Shown one piece after another: positions 49,449-59,192 of a DNA stretch of 64,000 bases (within the stretch, counting starts at the first letter, position 1; every line of letters starts with the position of its first letter). The position numbers were made by a program, and so were the translations under genes. The notes under the pieces were generated by a model. It was not told the origin of the DNA and made no database searches. It saw nothing but the letters and a program-made list of their open reading frames with translations. The stretch is taken from the NCBI GenBank assembly GCA_963735275.1, contig CAVTKJ010000007.1, positions 122,083 through 186,082 on the forward strand, in the 5' to 3' direction. Source of the stretch: an uncultured Chloroflexia bacterium (lineage in GTDB: Bacteria > Chloroflexota > Anaerolineae > Caldilineales > Caldilineaceae).

Positions 49449-49947
49449 TTGGCGCTGAAAGTCCGACTAACGTGGAAAAGGCATTTGCCGGAGTTCCGCC
49501 GTACTCTTGAAGCCAGTGAGGAGGATGTAGGGGATCGATAGACAGCCATGCAGTGTCTTGTCCAGAGTGGCCTCCGTGTTGAGTCAAAATCTCACCGCGA
49601 TGCCAAGCCTCCATAAGGCGGCTTTTGGGGATGACCCAGCATTGGGCATGAAATGGGCTGACGCCAAGGCAAATGGCCGCATCATAGTGCTGGTCTCGAA
49701 GTTGTTGAAATTTGTACTGTCCAGACTCCCAAAGTGTAGAGAACTTTACCTCGATCCTAGGCCCTTCGATGATGCGGTCAGCGTCGCTGTCTGGTGAGCG
49801 CAGCACGTTCAATCCCTTCGCTGCGCACCAGCCTGAAACGAGTTTTTCGCCAATTGCGCCAACCTGCCTTGACGGCCTGCTCCGTATCCAGGCAAAAGGG
49901 CTACCAGTCCAGCGATCGTCAGCACTTACGTAGTCCGGGCGAAGCAT
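49423..49947 (-). CDS. Candidate type II restriction endonuclease (PD-(D/E)xK-like), 174 aa
   Basis: ORF 49423..49947, 42 nt downstream of and co-oriented with the DNA methyltransferase. The motif arrangement GEKLV...SPD-x12-EVK (P52 D53 ... E66 V67 K68) fits PD-(D/E)xK. I recognise no named family. Lower G+C than the flanks. Confidence 0.5.
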   Translation of the reverse strand: MLRPDYVSADDRWTGSPFAWIRSRPSRQVGAIGEKLVSGWCAAKGLNVLRSPDSDADRIIEGPRIEVKFSTLWESGQYKFQQLRDQHYDAAICLGVSPFHAQCWVIPKSRLMEAWHRGEILTQHGGHSGQDTAWLSIDPLHPPHWLQEYGGTPANAFSTLVGLSAPTGPSGNCC

Positions 49948-49988
49948 CTCTGAAATTGCTACGAGAATCTAGACATCTGGATCGGTAA

Positions 49989-50906
49989 TCATAAGGCTTC
50001 ACAGAATGGCTCAAAGGAGTCGAGGTTGGCTCTGTCTGCCTTGATGCCGGTAATCACACTCGTATTGGGTGTCTCATCGCCGATCACTTCTGGCTCGTAC
50101 ACAGCAAGCCGTTGTCGCATGATTCGAATAGCCGCTGGGTTATTGTCCACCAGAATCCATTCCCTGTCACAGCGCGCAGCGGCCTCACCGAACGTTCCGC
50201 TTCCAGCGAAGAAATCGAGAAGTAGATCGCCAGGACGACTGTGTACTCTGACAAGTCGGAGGAGAATCCCAAGCGGCTTTTGTGTTGCATACCCGGTCTT
50301 CTCTTTGCCCGTTGGACTGACAATCGTATGCCACCATACATCTGTGGGCGTCTTGCCTCGCTCGGCCTTTTCGGCTCCAACCAGACCGGGAGCCATGTAC
50401 GGGATTCGGTCGATTTCATCGTAATTGAAGGTGTAGTTATCCGGGTCTTTGGCATACCAGAGAATCGTGTCATGCTTGGCCGGCCAGCGGCGACGGCTGC
50501 GTGCACCGTAGTCGTATGCCCAGATAATCTCATTGATGAACGAGTCGCGTCCAAAGATTTGGTCCAGGAGCACTTTGCAGTAGTGCACTTCGCGATAGTC
50601 GATGTGAAAGAAGAGACTGCCACGACTGGCAAGAATGCGATAGGCCTCTTCTAGACGAGGCGCCAAGAAGGCCAGATAGTCGTCGAAACGATCGAGGTAG
50701 CTGGTTCTGCCCAACTCTATCGATCTATAGCGCTGGCCCTTGAACCCAACTCGATCTCCTGCTTCTTCGTCACGTACGGTCTGGATCTGTATGCGTTGCT
50801 GCTTCACTCCGGTGTTGAAGGGGGGATCAATATAGATTAGCTGTACAGAATCCGAAGGCAGGCTGCGCAGCACCTCTAGATTGTCACCATAGAAGATCCT
50901 CGACAT
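49989..50906 (-). CDS. Beta-class N6-adenine/N4-cytosine DNA methyltransferase
   Basis: ORF 49989..50906 (GGAGA RBS). Motif IV IYIDPPFNTG lies N-terminal to motif I LLLDFFAGSGTFGEAA, which is the beta-class order. TQKPLGILLRLV block. Confidence 0.9.
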   Translation of the reverse strand: MSRIFYGDNLEVLRSLPSDSVQLIYIDPPFNTGVKQQRIQIQTVRDEEAGDRVGFKGQRYRSIELGRTSYLDRFDDYLAFLAPRLEEAYRILASRGSLFFHIDYREVHYCKVLLDQIFGRDSFINEIIWAYDYGARSRRRWPAKHDTILWYAKDPDNYTFNYDEIDRIPYMAPGLVGAEKAERGKTPTDVWWHTIVSPTGKEKTGYATQKPLGILLRLVRVHSRPGDLLLDFFAGSGTFGEAAARCDREWILVDNNPAAIRIMRQRLAVYEPEVIGDETPNTSVITGIKADRANLDSFEPFCEAL

Positions 50907-50963
50907 TGCAATATTCTCCGTGAAGAAACAATTTGTTGAAGTCCATAGTCCGTCCTGGTCGAA

Positions 50964-50977
50964 GTTTCACGTGAAAC
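50964..50977. promoter_or_regulatory. Perfect 14-bp palindrome GTTTCACGTGAAAC upstream of the methyltransferase
   Basis: Lies 58 nt upstream of the methyltransferase ATG, in the 167-nt gap to fbp. Its core is CACGTG. A role as operator or recognition site is inference only. Confidence 0.25.
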
Positions 50978-51073
50978 ATCCGCGGTTGCGTGCGCCGTCG
51001 CTTGTGCTGTTCTCGCACTTTTGATTCTTTGCGCTTTATGTGCGCCCTCGCGTCCTTGCTGCAGAACTGTGCG

Positions 51074-52103
51074 TCAAGTTCTCTCGTCAATGAACGTCTC
51101 CGCCTTTTCCACCAGGTCGCGGCTGCCGATGAAGAGCGGCGTGCGCTGGTGCAGGCTTGTCGGTGTAATGTCCAGAATTGCACGCGTTCCGTCGCTGGCG
51201 TAGCCGCCTGCCTGCTGGGCGAGGAAGGCCAGCGGCGCGGCCTCGTAGAGCAGCCGCAGCTTGCCGTTGGGCTTGCTCGGATCACGCGAATCGGCGGGAT
51301 AGTAGAAGACGCCCCCGGTCAGCAGATTGCGGTGAAAATCCGCCACGAGTGAGCCGATGTAGCGTAGCGACAACCCCAGTCCGCTCCCCTGCGCGCCTTG
51401 CAGCCACTCCGTATACGCCCGCACGCCGGGCGACCAATCCCGCTCGTACGCTTGATTCACGCTGTAGTACGTTCGCCCTGGCCGGAATCTGAATATTGGG
51501 GTGCGAAAGGAAGAACTCGCCCACGCGCGGGTCGAGCGTGAAGCCGTGAACGCCGTTGCCCGTTGAGTAGACGAGCATCGTACTTGAGCCGTACACCACA
51601 TAACCCGCAGCCACCAGATCGCGCCCCGGTTGCAGACAATCTTCCAGCGTACCGGGCCCGCCCTCGCTCTTGCGCCGGTGAATCGCAAAAATCGTCCCCA
51701 CACTCACATTGACATCGATGTTCGACGATCCATCCAGCGGGTCGTAGACGAGCGTGTACTTGCCCGGCGTGTGGTGCGGCGGGATGGGAATGACCTCCTC
51801 CTCCTCCTCGGAGGCCATGACGGCGACCCGTCCCGTATGATCGTTGAGCCGGTAAATGGTGCGCTCGGCATACGCATCCAGCTTCTGCACCACCTCACCC
51901 TGGACATTTGTTGTCCCCGTGCTGCCCAGAATGTCCGCAAGCCCTGCGCGGTTGGTGTGGCTGGCAATCAGCTTGGCTGCGAGCGCGATGTCATAGAGCA
52001 GGCTGGTGAGCGCGCCGGTGGCTTCGGGGAAGTCGGACTGCTGGTCGAGGATATAGCGGTCAATCGTGACAATCTTGTCTTCGAAGGTGCGTCGGCCGGA
52101 CAT
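51074..52103 (-). CDS. fbp: Class 1 fructose-1,6-bisphosphatase; frame broken once near 51482
   Basis: ATG 52103 follows AGGAGAG. ORF 51282..52124 gives [10 protein letters not shown]...ATGALTSLL...[11 protein letters not shown]...[24 protein letters not shown]. It continues in ORF 51074..51703 with [11 protein letters not shown]...[24 protein letters not shown]...[15 protein letters not shown]. Confidence 0.9.
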
Positions 52104-52207
52104 TGTGGGCTCTCCTGACGTCATACAGGGGCGTTATCTGCGCGCAGTATAACATGCAGAAAACAACACTTGTACACACTCGTTCGCGGATAGCCCTGAA
52201 ACTACTT

Positions 52208-52295
52208 GTACGCGGAAACAGCGGAAAGTGCGGAAAAAACATGAAGGCCGCTCTTGTTTCCTGCCTTTTCCGTTGTTCCCGTCTTTTCCGCGTAC
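52208..52295. repeat. Family B 88-bp palindromic element, copy B2 (inverted relative to B1)
   Basis: GTACGCGGAAACAGCGGAAAGTGCGGAAAAAACATGAAGGCCGCTCTTGTTTCCTGCCTTTTCCG...CCGCGTAC, between fbp and the transglycosylase gene. Confidence 0.85.
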
Positions 52296-52310
52296 TGGTG
52301 GTGCAATTCG

Positions 52311-54934
52311 TCAGGGCGTGCCATAGAGGCGTGTGTAGTGGTAGAGGTTTTCGGTGATGAGCTGGACGTAGGCGCGCGGTTCGCTGTAGGTGAGAATCTC
52401 CACGAACCGTGTGTCGTCCGCTCCGGAAAGCTCGCGCCACGACTTGGCGTTGCCCGGCCCGGCATTGTAGCCGACCAGCGCCGAAACCTCGTTGCCATCG
52501 AGGAAGAGGCGCACCCAATCGAAATAGTAAGCGCCGAAATTGACGTTGATGTAGGGGCGATAGATAAGGTCATCGGACCAGTCCGGGTGCCCCTGCTGCG
52601 CCGCCACCCAGCGCGCCGTGTCGGGGATAATCTGCGCGAGTCCCTGCGCCGCGGCGTAACTGCGCGCCCCCTCTTCAAACAGGCTCTCCTGGCGGATCAT
52701 TCCATAGTAGAGGAACGGATCCATATTGTGCGCCCTTGCTTCGGAGGTAATCAGTTCATTGAAATAGAGCGGATAGACGAAACCTTGCAGGAACCGCGGT
52801 GCATTCTCCACGAGTCCAGCAGGGCTGAACTGGAGCAGACGCGACATGCTTGTGATGCTATGTCGATAGGCGCCCATGCGCGCAAACTCGAGTGCCAGCG
52901 GATAGAGTGCCAGTGGATCATCCTTGTAGCGGGCGTAGAGGCGATCGAGCGCCTCGTTTGCATTCAAGCGGTCATTGACCTGCAGGAGAAGCCGCCCGGC
53001 GCGCAAGTCCTGGTCGGCCGCAACCGTCTCGGGCAACGCGGCGGGATCCGCCACGCCGGCAAAGGCATCCCACTGCCTGAGCCAGGTCTCGGCAAAGGAC
53101 TGGCTGCCGTCGTCGCCAGGAGCCCGTGATGCGGGGCCCACAATCTGCTTGACGTTGCTCAGCATGGAGGCATCGGTGACAGGCAGCCCCTTGAGTGCCT
53201 GCGCGGCAAGGACGCCATAGTAGATATCGGGCGCCCGATCCACCAGGGCTTGCCACGTGGTGCGCGCCTCTTCCGCTGCGCCGTTGGCCGTCTGCGCACG
53301 TCCCAGCCAGTAGGCCACAGCAGGCCAGCGATAATCAGGGTATTCGCTCTGCAGGCGCGCATAGGAGACAACAGCCTGGCCATTCAGCCCGGCGCGCAGC
53401 GCGCCCGTGCCCACGGCATAGAGCGCATCGGCCGCACGCGTGCTTTGTGGAAAGAGCTCGGCAAGGGCAAGCAGATCAACCGCCGCCTCGACATCGTTGC
53501 CCACACGCAGCGCCATGGCAGCACTTTGCCAAAGCGCCTCGGGCGCGAGCGGGTCGGCGGCGTGATCGCGCGAAAGGTGCGCAGGATGCGGCGCGCACCG
53601 GCCTCGTCGCCTTGCGCGGCCAGAGCGGTCGCCTTGTCAAGCCAGGCCTGACCAAAGCAGTCGCAGGAAGCAAACTCGGTAATCACCCGGTCGAGCAGCG
53701 GAATCGCCGATGCTGGATCCTCGGCTCCGATGTAGGCCTGGGCAAGTCCGTGCAGCGCCGGTGCATAGCGCGCGTCCGTGGGATCGGCGCTCTCCAGGAA
53801 GGACGCATAGGCATTGACCGCCGGCAGATACGCCTCTGCGTAGAGATCGATGTTGCCCCGCTGCACGAGGTCAAAATCCTGATTGCGGTTGACCAGTTCG
53901 ATCAGCGACAGATAGGCGGCGTTGGCAGCAGGCGCTTCGGCAGTGGCCGCGCGCCACTGCTCGATGGCCGCGGGGTCATTGCCCGCGGCGGAGAGCGCCA
54001 AGCCTGTCTGATACGCAATGCTGGCACGATACGCGCTGTTCTGCGCAAAATCGAGGATGGCCTGAAATGCCGCCGCTGCGTCCGCCGGGCGACCGGCGTC
54101 ATTGAAGAGTTGCGCCTCGCGCTCGAGCAGTTGCGATTTGGCGGGCGGGTCCGCCGAAGCGTCGGATGCGCGGCGCAGCGCATCGGCGGCGGCGTCCACA
54201 TTGCCTAGCGCCACATAGGCGTCGGCGATGCGCGGCTGGATATATTCATTCATCCACGGATACGTTTCAAGAAAGGACCACCAGGCCTGAATTGCGGCGT
54301 CATAGGCGCCGGAGGCCTGCAGCGCCTCGGCGCGGAGGAATGTGTCGCGCCCGAGCAAGTCGGCGGCGGCACCACCCGTACTCTGCGCGTCCGCGTCAAG
54401 TTGATCCAGCGAAGCAAGGGCCTCGGCAGGCAAGCCATTTGCCAATTGCGCGCGCGCAAGCTCAAATCGCGCCTCCTGCAGCAGCGCGGGATCGAGTTCC
54501 GGACGACTCAGTAGATCCTCCAGCGCGCTGAGGGCCGCAACATAGTTGCCCACGCGGTAGAGTTGCTTGCCTTTGTCGAGGAGAAACGCAGGATCTGTCA
54601 CCACGGGCGACACCGGCACTGCAGGCGTCGGCGTGGGCAAGGGGATAGGCGTCGCAAGAGCCGGTGCACCGCCTACCGGCTGTGCCACAACGCCGTCAAT
54701 CTGCGTGGCCAACTCTACTGACGCGGCATCCCCTTGCGCACCGGCCGCGGGCGGCGGCGCAACACCGGCCGCAGCCGACGCTGTAGGGGTGTAGGTGGGC
54801 ACGACATCGCGCGCGTCGGGGTCGTCGCGGTTGCATGCCGCGAGGAGCATCAGCAGCAGGAGAACGACAGCAGCAACGCCAGGTCGCGCCGATCGTACAA
54901 GCAGGTTCCGACTTCCATCAATCATTTGTTTCAT
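52311..54934 (-). CDS. Membrane-anchored TPR-repeat protein with C-terminal SLT-type lytic transglycosylase domain; frame broken once near 53572
   Basis: ATG 54934 lies within ORF 53384..55072 (MKQMIDGS..., [17 protein letters not shown], long Ala-rich TPR-like repeats). It continues in ORF 52311..53516, ending in the SLT motifs [31 protein letters not shown]. This break is of the missing-base type. Confidence 0.8.
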
Positions 54935-55182
54935 GGGCGGTGAACGGTGGGACTGGCACGGCGACGAGGGAATGAAACGCGAAATCCTTTGCGGTTCGCT
55001 GCTCCATCTGGTATGATCGGCTTTCGCCTGAACGCGCCGCCCGCAATGGAGCGGCGGCTTGCCACGATCCAACTGTCAGGTAGCAGTACTCTACAACAGA
55101 GTACGCCAGGATGCGACGTTGCGCCTGCGACGATTGTTCCATTTCCACTTTGATTCCCGTACAGACTCCATCCTCCCTGCCC

Positions 55183-56698
55183 ATGAGCAACCTACCCGCA
55201 GTCCCCGCGGACACTTCAACGACACTTGCGTCCCACTACGAGCTTGTAGTGGGCATGGAGGTGCATGCGCAAGTGCAGTCGCACGCAAAGATGTTCTGCG
55301 CCTGCGCTACGGACTACGCGGGTGCGCCGCCCAACACGCGCACCTGCCCCGTTTGCCTGGGGCTACCCGGCAGCCTGCCCGTGGCCAACCGCGCGGCGAT
55401 TGAAGCGACGATCATGACGGGGCTCGCGCTCAACTGCCGCATCAACGAGACCGCCGTTTTTGCACGCAAGAACTACACCTATCCGGACCTGCCCAAGGGC
55501 TACCAGATTTCGCAGTATGAGCTGCCCCAATGCGAGGACGGCTGGCTGGATATCGAGCTGCCGGACGGAACGCCGCGCCGCATTCGCATCCACCGCGTGC
55601 ATCTGGAAGAAGATACGGGGCGCTCGGTGCACGAGGGCGGCGCGACCTATGTGGACCTCAACCGCGCGGGCGTGCCCCTCATGGAGATTGTCTCCGAGGC
55701 GGACATTCACTCGCCCGAAGAAGCCTACGCATACATGACCAAGCTGCGTGCGATTTTGCGCGCGCTGGGTGTCAACAGCGGCGACATGGAGAAGGGCGCG
55801 CTGCGCTGCGAACCAAACATCAGCGTGCGTACGCTGGAACAGCGCGATCGAGGTGAGTACGGCACCAAGGTGGAAGTGAAGAACCTCAACTCCTTCCGCT
55901 CCATGCGCAGTGCCATTGCCTACGAGCTCGAGCGCCAGACGCGCGTTCTCGATGCCGGCGGCAGCATTCAGCAGGTCAACATGGGGTGGGACGAGTTGCG
56001 CCTGCAAACGGTGGTGCAGCGCAGCAAGGAGAGCGCACACGACTATCGCTATTTCCCCGAGCCGGACCTGCCGCCCCTGCGCACAACGCCGGCCGAAATC
56101 GAGCGTCTGCGCACCGCCCTGCCCGAGCTTCCCGATGCTAAACAGGCGCGCTATGTAGCCGACTGGGGTCTGCGCCCTGCCGAGGCCGCCATCCTCGCGA
56201 GCGAGCGCACGGTTTCGGCCTACTTCGAAGCGGCAGTGGATGCCTATGGGACGGAGCCAGGCAAGCCCCAGCGCATGGCCAACTGGCTCACGGGCGAGTT
56301 CTTCCGGCTGCTCTACGCCGACGGTGACGGCGCCGACCTGCGCCAGATCAGCGAGACGCGCGTCAAGCCGCCTCAGCTTGCCGCCCTGCTTACGCTGATT
56401 GACAACAAGGTGGTCAACCCCAACACGGGAAAACGTGTCCTCGAGACGATGTACCTCACCGGCGACGCGCCGGATGCGATAATCGGGCGCGAGGGGCTGG
56501 CAATGGTCAACGACACAAGCCTCATCGACGAGACGATTGCACAGATCTTCGCGGCCAATGCCGAGTGAACTCGAGCGCTACCGCGGCGGCGAGGAAAAGG
56601 TCTTCGGCTTCTTCATGGGTCAGGTCATGCGCGCCACCAAGGGCAAGGCCGACCCGGCGCTGGCGAAGGCGCGGCTTGAGGAGTTGATTCGAGGTTAG
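55183..56698 (+). CDS. gatB: Asp-tRNA(Asn)/Glu-tRNA(Gln) amidotransferase subunit B; frame broken once near 56566
   Basis: ATG 55183 lies within ORF 55111..56568. Motifs: [64 protein letters not shown]. The C-terminal helical tail [30 protein letters not shown] is read in the next frame, to TAG 56696-56698. Confidence 0.9.
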
Positions 56699-56787
56699 CG
56701 CGAAACGACCGTGCGGATCAAAATGAGATATGGCCGCATAGACGCGCGACCTGTTTGAACACCCGGTATTACGCAGGAAGAGAGACC

Positions 56788-57252
56788 ATGACGGCTACAA
56801 TGCGCTGCAGGTGGGTGGCGGCGGGGTGGTATGCAGCGGTAGGCGTAATCCCGGTGGTGGGCATCCTGGCAATAGCACTTCTGGCTGGTGTGCGGCTTGC
56901 AAGTTCATGGGGTGGCTTGCTGCTGCTCTTGCTGGCACCCTTGTGCGCGGCGCTGATGGGCTTTCTCTTTGGTGGGCGACCACTCTGCATCCCCACACGC
57001 CCGTGGCGCGCTGCGCTGCGCGGGGTCGCCGTGGCCGGCGCAGCGTTCCTGCTCTTTGTTTTGATCGTGTCGCTGGCTGCGGGCGGCGAGAATGCCCCTC
57101 CGCTGCTGGAACGGTTTGGCTTTGGGCTGCTCGTGGGCAGTGTTTCAGTGGGATGGATGGCACTGGCTGTCGGCGCCGTCACCGGTTGGCTGCTTGCTCG
57201 ACGCGGCGCTTCCGCCCCTTCCCCTTCAGTCACCCTCCAACCCGAAAGCTGA
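56788..57252 (+). CDS. Small four-TM membrane protein, function unknown
   Basis: In-frame ATG 56788 (GGAAGAGAG upstream) within ORF 56755..57252. Four hydrophobic spans. No motif recognised. It could be a GC-rich chance ORF, but its position and strand fit an operon with the next gene. Confidence 0.45.
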   Translation: MTATMRCRWVAAGWYAAVGVIPVVGILAIALLAGVRLASSWGGLLLLLLAPLCAALMGFLFGGRPLCIPTRPWRAALRGVAVAGAAFLLFVLIVSLAAGGENAPPLLERFGFGLLVGSVSVGWMALAVGAVTGWLLARRGASAPSPSVTLQPES

Positions 57253-57265
57253 GCCGTAACCGCCC

Positions 57266-58117
57266 ATGCCCGCACAAGCCACTTCACCCCGAGCAGCAAT
57301 CGACTTTGGCATCTCCAATACCGACGCAGTGGCACGCGTAGATGGCGCATTGCGACGCTGGACGCAGGTCTACAACGGCGCGCCCAATGAAGATGTGGTG
57401 CGCGCCGTGCTTGCGCAGGGCGGCGTCGAACTTGACGACTTCGCGACGCTTGCGGTAACAGGTGGCAGCCACCGCCTGCTGCCCGCGCAGATCGGGCGCA
57501 CGCGCATTGTGGGCATCAACGAAGTGCCTGCGATTGGCCGGGGTGGCCAGGCGGCGCTGCCGGAGGTGAGCCGCCGTGCGCGCATTCTTGTCGTCAGCGC
57601 CGGCTCGGGCACGGCCGTGATTGCGGCGCAAGGAAAGAACTACCGCCACATTACCGGCGCAGGGGTGGGCGGCGGCACGCTGCTCGGCCTGGGGCGCAAG
57701 CTGCTTGGCACGGTGGACCCGCGCGAGATTGACCGCCTGGCCCTGGCCGGCAACGCAAACGCCGTTGATCTGAGCCTTGCCGACGTGGTCACCGGCCCGA
57801 TTGGGACGTTGCCGGCAAACGCCACGGCCGTGAACTTTGGCCGGCTGGCGCGCGAGGACCTTGACGCCTCGCCGGAGGATCTGGCGGCGGCACTCGTAAC
57901 GCTCATCGGCCAGGTGATTGGGCTGCTTTCCGTGGCGGCAGCGAACGCGCTGCGCTGCAAGCAGATCGTCATCATCGGCCACATGACCGACATGGCAAGC
58001 CTGCGCAACGTCATCGGCCAGGTGAGCCAGTACTACGCCACACCCATTCACCTCCCCGAAAACGCGGGCTACTACACGGCGATTGGCGCTTTGGAGCAGG
58101 CGGCAGCAGAGGGTTGA
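57266..58117 (+). CDS. ASKHA-fold kinase, Fumble / type II pantothenate-kinase-like
   Basis: ORF 57266..58117. Phosphate-1 AIDFGISNTD. Then VVSAGSGTAVIA...ITGAGVGGGTLLGLGRKLLG...AGNANAVDLSLADV. The order and spacing resemble Fumble-domain proteins, but substrate is not established. Confidence 0.55.
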   Translation: MPAQATSPRAAIDFGISNTDAVARVDGALRRWTQVYNGAPNEDVVRAVLAQGGVELDDFATLAVTGGSHRLLPAQIGRTRIVGINEVPAIGRGGQAALPEVSRRARILVVSAGSGTAVIAAQGKNYRHITGAGVGGGTLLGLGRKLLGTVDPREIDRLALAGNANAVDLSLADVVTGPIGTLPANATAVNFGRLAREDLDASPEDLAAALVTLIGQVIGLLSVAAANALRCKQIVIIGHMTDMASLRNVIGQVSQYYATPIHLPENAGYYTAIGALEQAAAEG

Positions 58118-58245
58118 GGTGCATGACCGACCGATTCCCGGCGCCAGGACTCTGCTACAATGGTTGAAAATGGAAAGACGATCACCGATAGCGACAGGCG
58201 CGACTCCACATCCCTCATGCTTTCTCGGCTCTTCACGGAGCAATC

Positions 58246-58587
58246 ATGCAACCAGACGTAGCAGTCGATCCAATGAGGCCACTAAACGAGAAGCCTTCGC
58301 GACTTAGAGCACTTGTAGAAGGGCAACGCTCTGCAATTGTTGAGTTGGCGCACGCATATGGTGCCAGCAACGTGCGGCTCTTCGGTTCGGTTGCTGCCGG
58401 CCAGGAGACGTCGCAGAGTGATGTGGACCTGCTCGTTGACTTTGAACCGCACTGCACACTGCTTGACCAAATCGCGCTCGCACAAGACCTTGAAGACATG
58501 CTTGGCGTCCCAGTAGATGTGCTCACTGAGGAGGCGCTGCATCCGCTCCTGCGCAGGCGTATTTTGGTGGAAGCAGAAGCGCTTTAG
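58246..58587 (+). CDS. mntA: Nucleotidyltransferase-fold antitoxin (MntA/MNT)
   Basis: ORF 58246..58587. RLFGSVAAGQETSQSDVDLLVDF (GSx10-11DxD minimal nucleotidyltransferase signature). Confidence 0.85.
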   Translation: MQPDVAVDPMRPLNEKPSRLRALVEGQRSAIVELAHAYGASNVRLFGSVAAGQETSQSDVDLLVDFEPHCTLLDQIALAQDLEDMLGVPVDVLTEEALHPLLRRRILVEAEAL

Positions 58588-58607
58588 TCTTGGGAAGTTA
58601 CCACACC

Positions 58608-58964
58608 ATGCGGGACGACCGAGTGTATCTCCAGAGCATCCTTGAGCGAATCGAGCGAATCGAGGAGTTCACCCAGGATGGACGCGAGGCCTTCTTCACC
58701 GAATTGATAATCCAGGATGCGGTCATTCGCAATCTCGAGATTATTGGTGAGGCGGCCAAACAAGTGAGTCCGGAGATGCGCAGCACGTACTCCACAGTGC
58801 CTTGGCGACGAATCTCCGGACTACGCGACGTGCTGATTCACGGCTACCTCGGTGTTGACTTGACACGAGTTTGGGAAGTCGTTGAACATTCGCTGCCTCC
58901 GCTGCGCAAAGAGATTCGAGCGATGATCGCCAGTTTGCCCCCTGATGCAGACGCCCCTGCCTGA
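58608..58964 (+). CDS. hepT: HepT (DUF86, HEPN-fold) toxin
   Basis: In-frame ATG 58608 within ORF 58590..58964, about 20 nt after the mntA stop. AVIRNLEIIGEAAK and the Rx4HxY motif in GLRDVLIHGY. Confidence 0.85.
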   Translation: MRDDRVYLQSILERIERIEEFTQDGREAFFTELIIQDAVIRNLEIIGEAAKQVSPEMRSTYSTVPWRRISGLRDVLIHGYLGVDLTRVWEVVEHSLPPLRKEIRAMIASLPPDADAPA

Positions 58965-59029
58965 CATCGCTGCTTACTCCTCCTCAGTCTTCGCTTCACC
59001 GGAACCGTAAGCCCGCACACATTTCCAAC

Positions 59030-59058
59030 TTGCGCAATTACTGGCAGAGTGATACAAT
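59030..59058 (+). promoter_or_regulatory. Candidate promoter of the ABC importer operon (TTGCGC-17 nt-TACAAT)
   Basis: -35 TTGCGC at 59030-59035, a 17-nt spacer, then -10 TACAAT at 59053-59058. It lies 135 nt upstream of GTG 59193. Confidence 0.3.
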
Positions 59059-59192
59059 TTTTTGCGAGTTGGCACGCCGATCTGCAATCTTCCGCGCCGC
59101 TCTCGCTTGCACACAGTTCGCTCTCCCCATCGCCTTTTGCGCGCCCTGTGCGGGCGCGCGTATCGTGGCAACCTTCCACAAGGAGCACCCTC

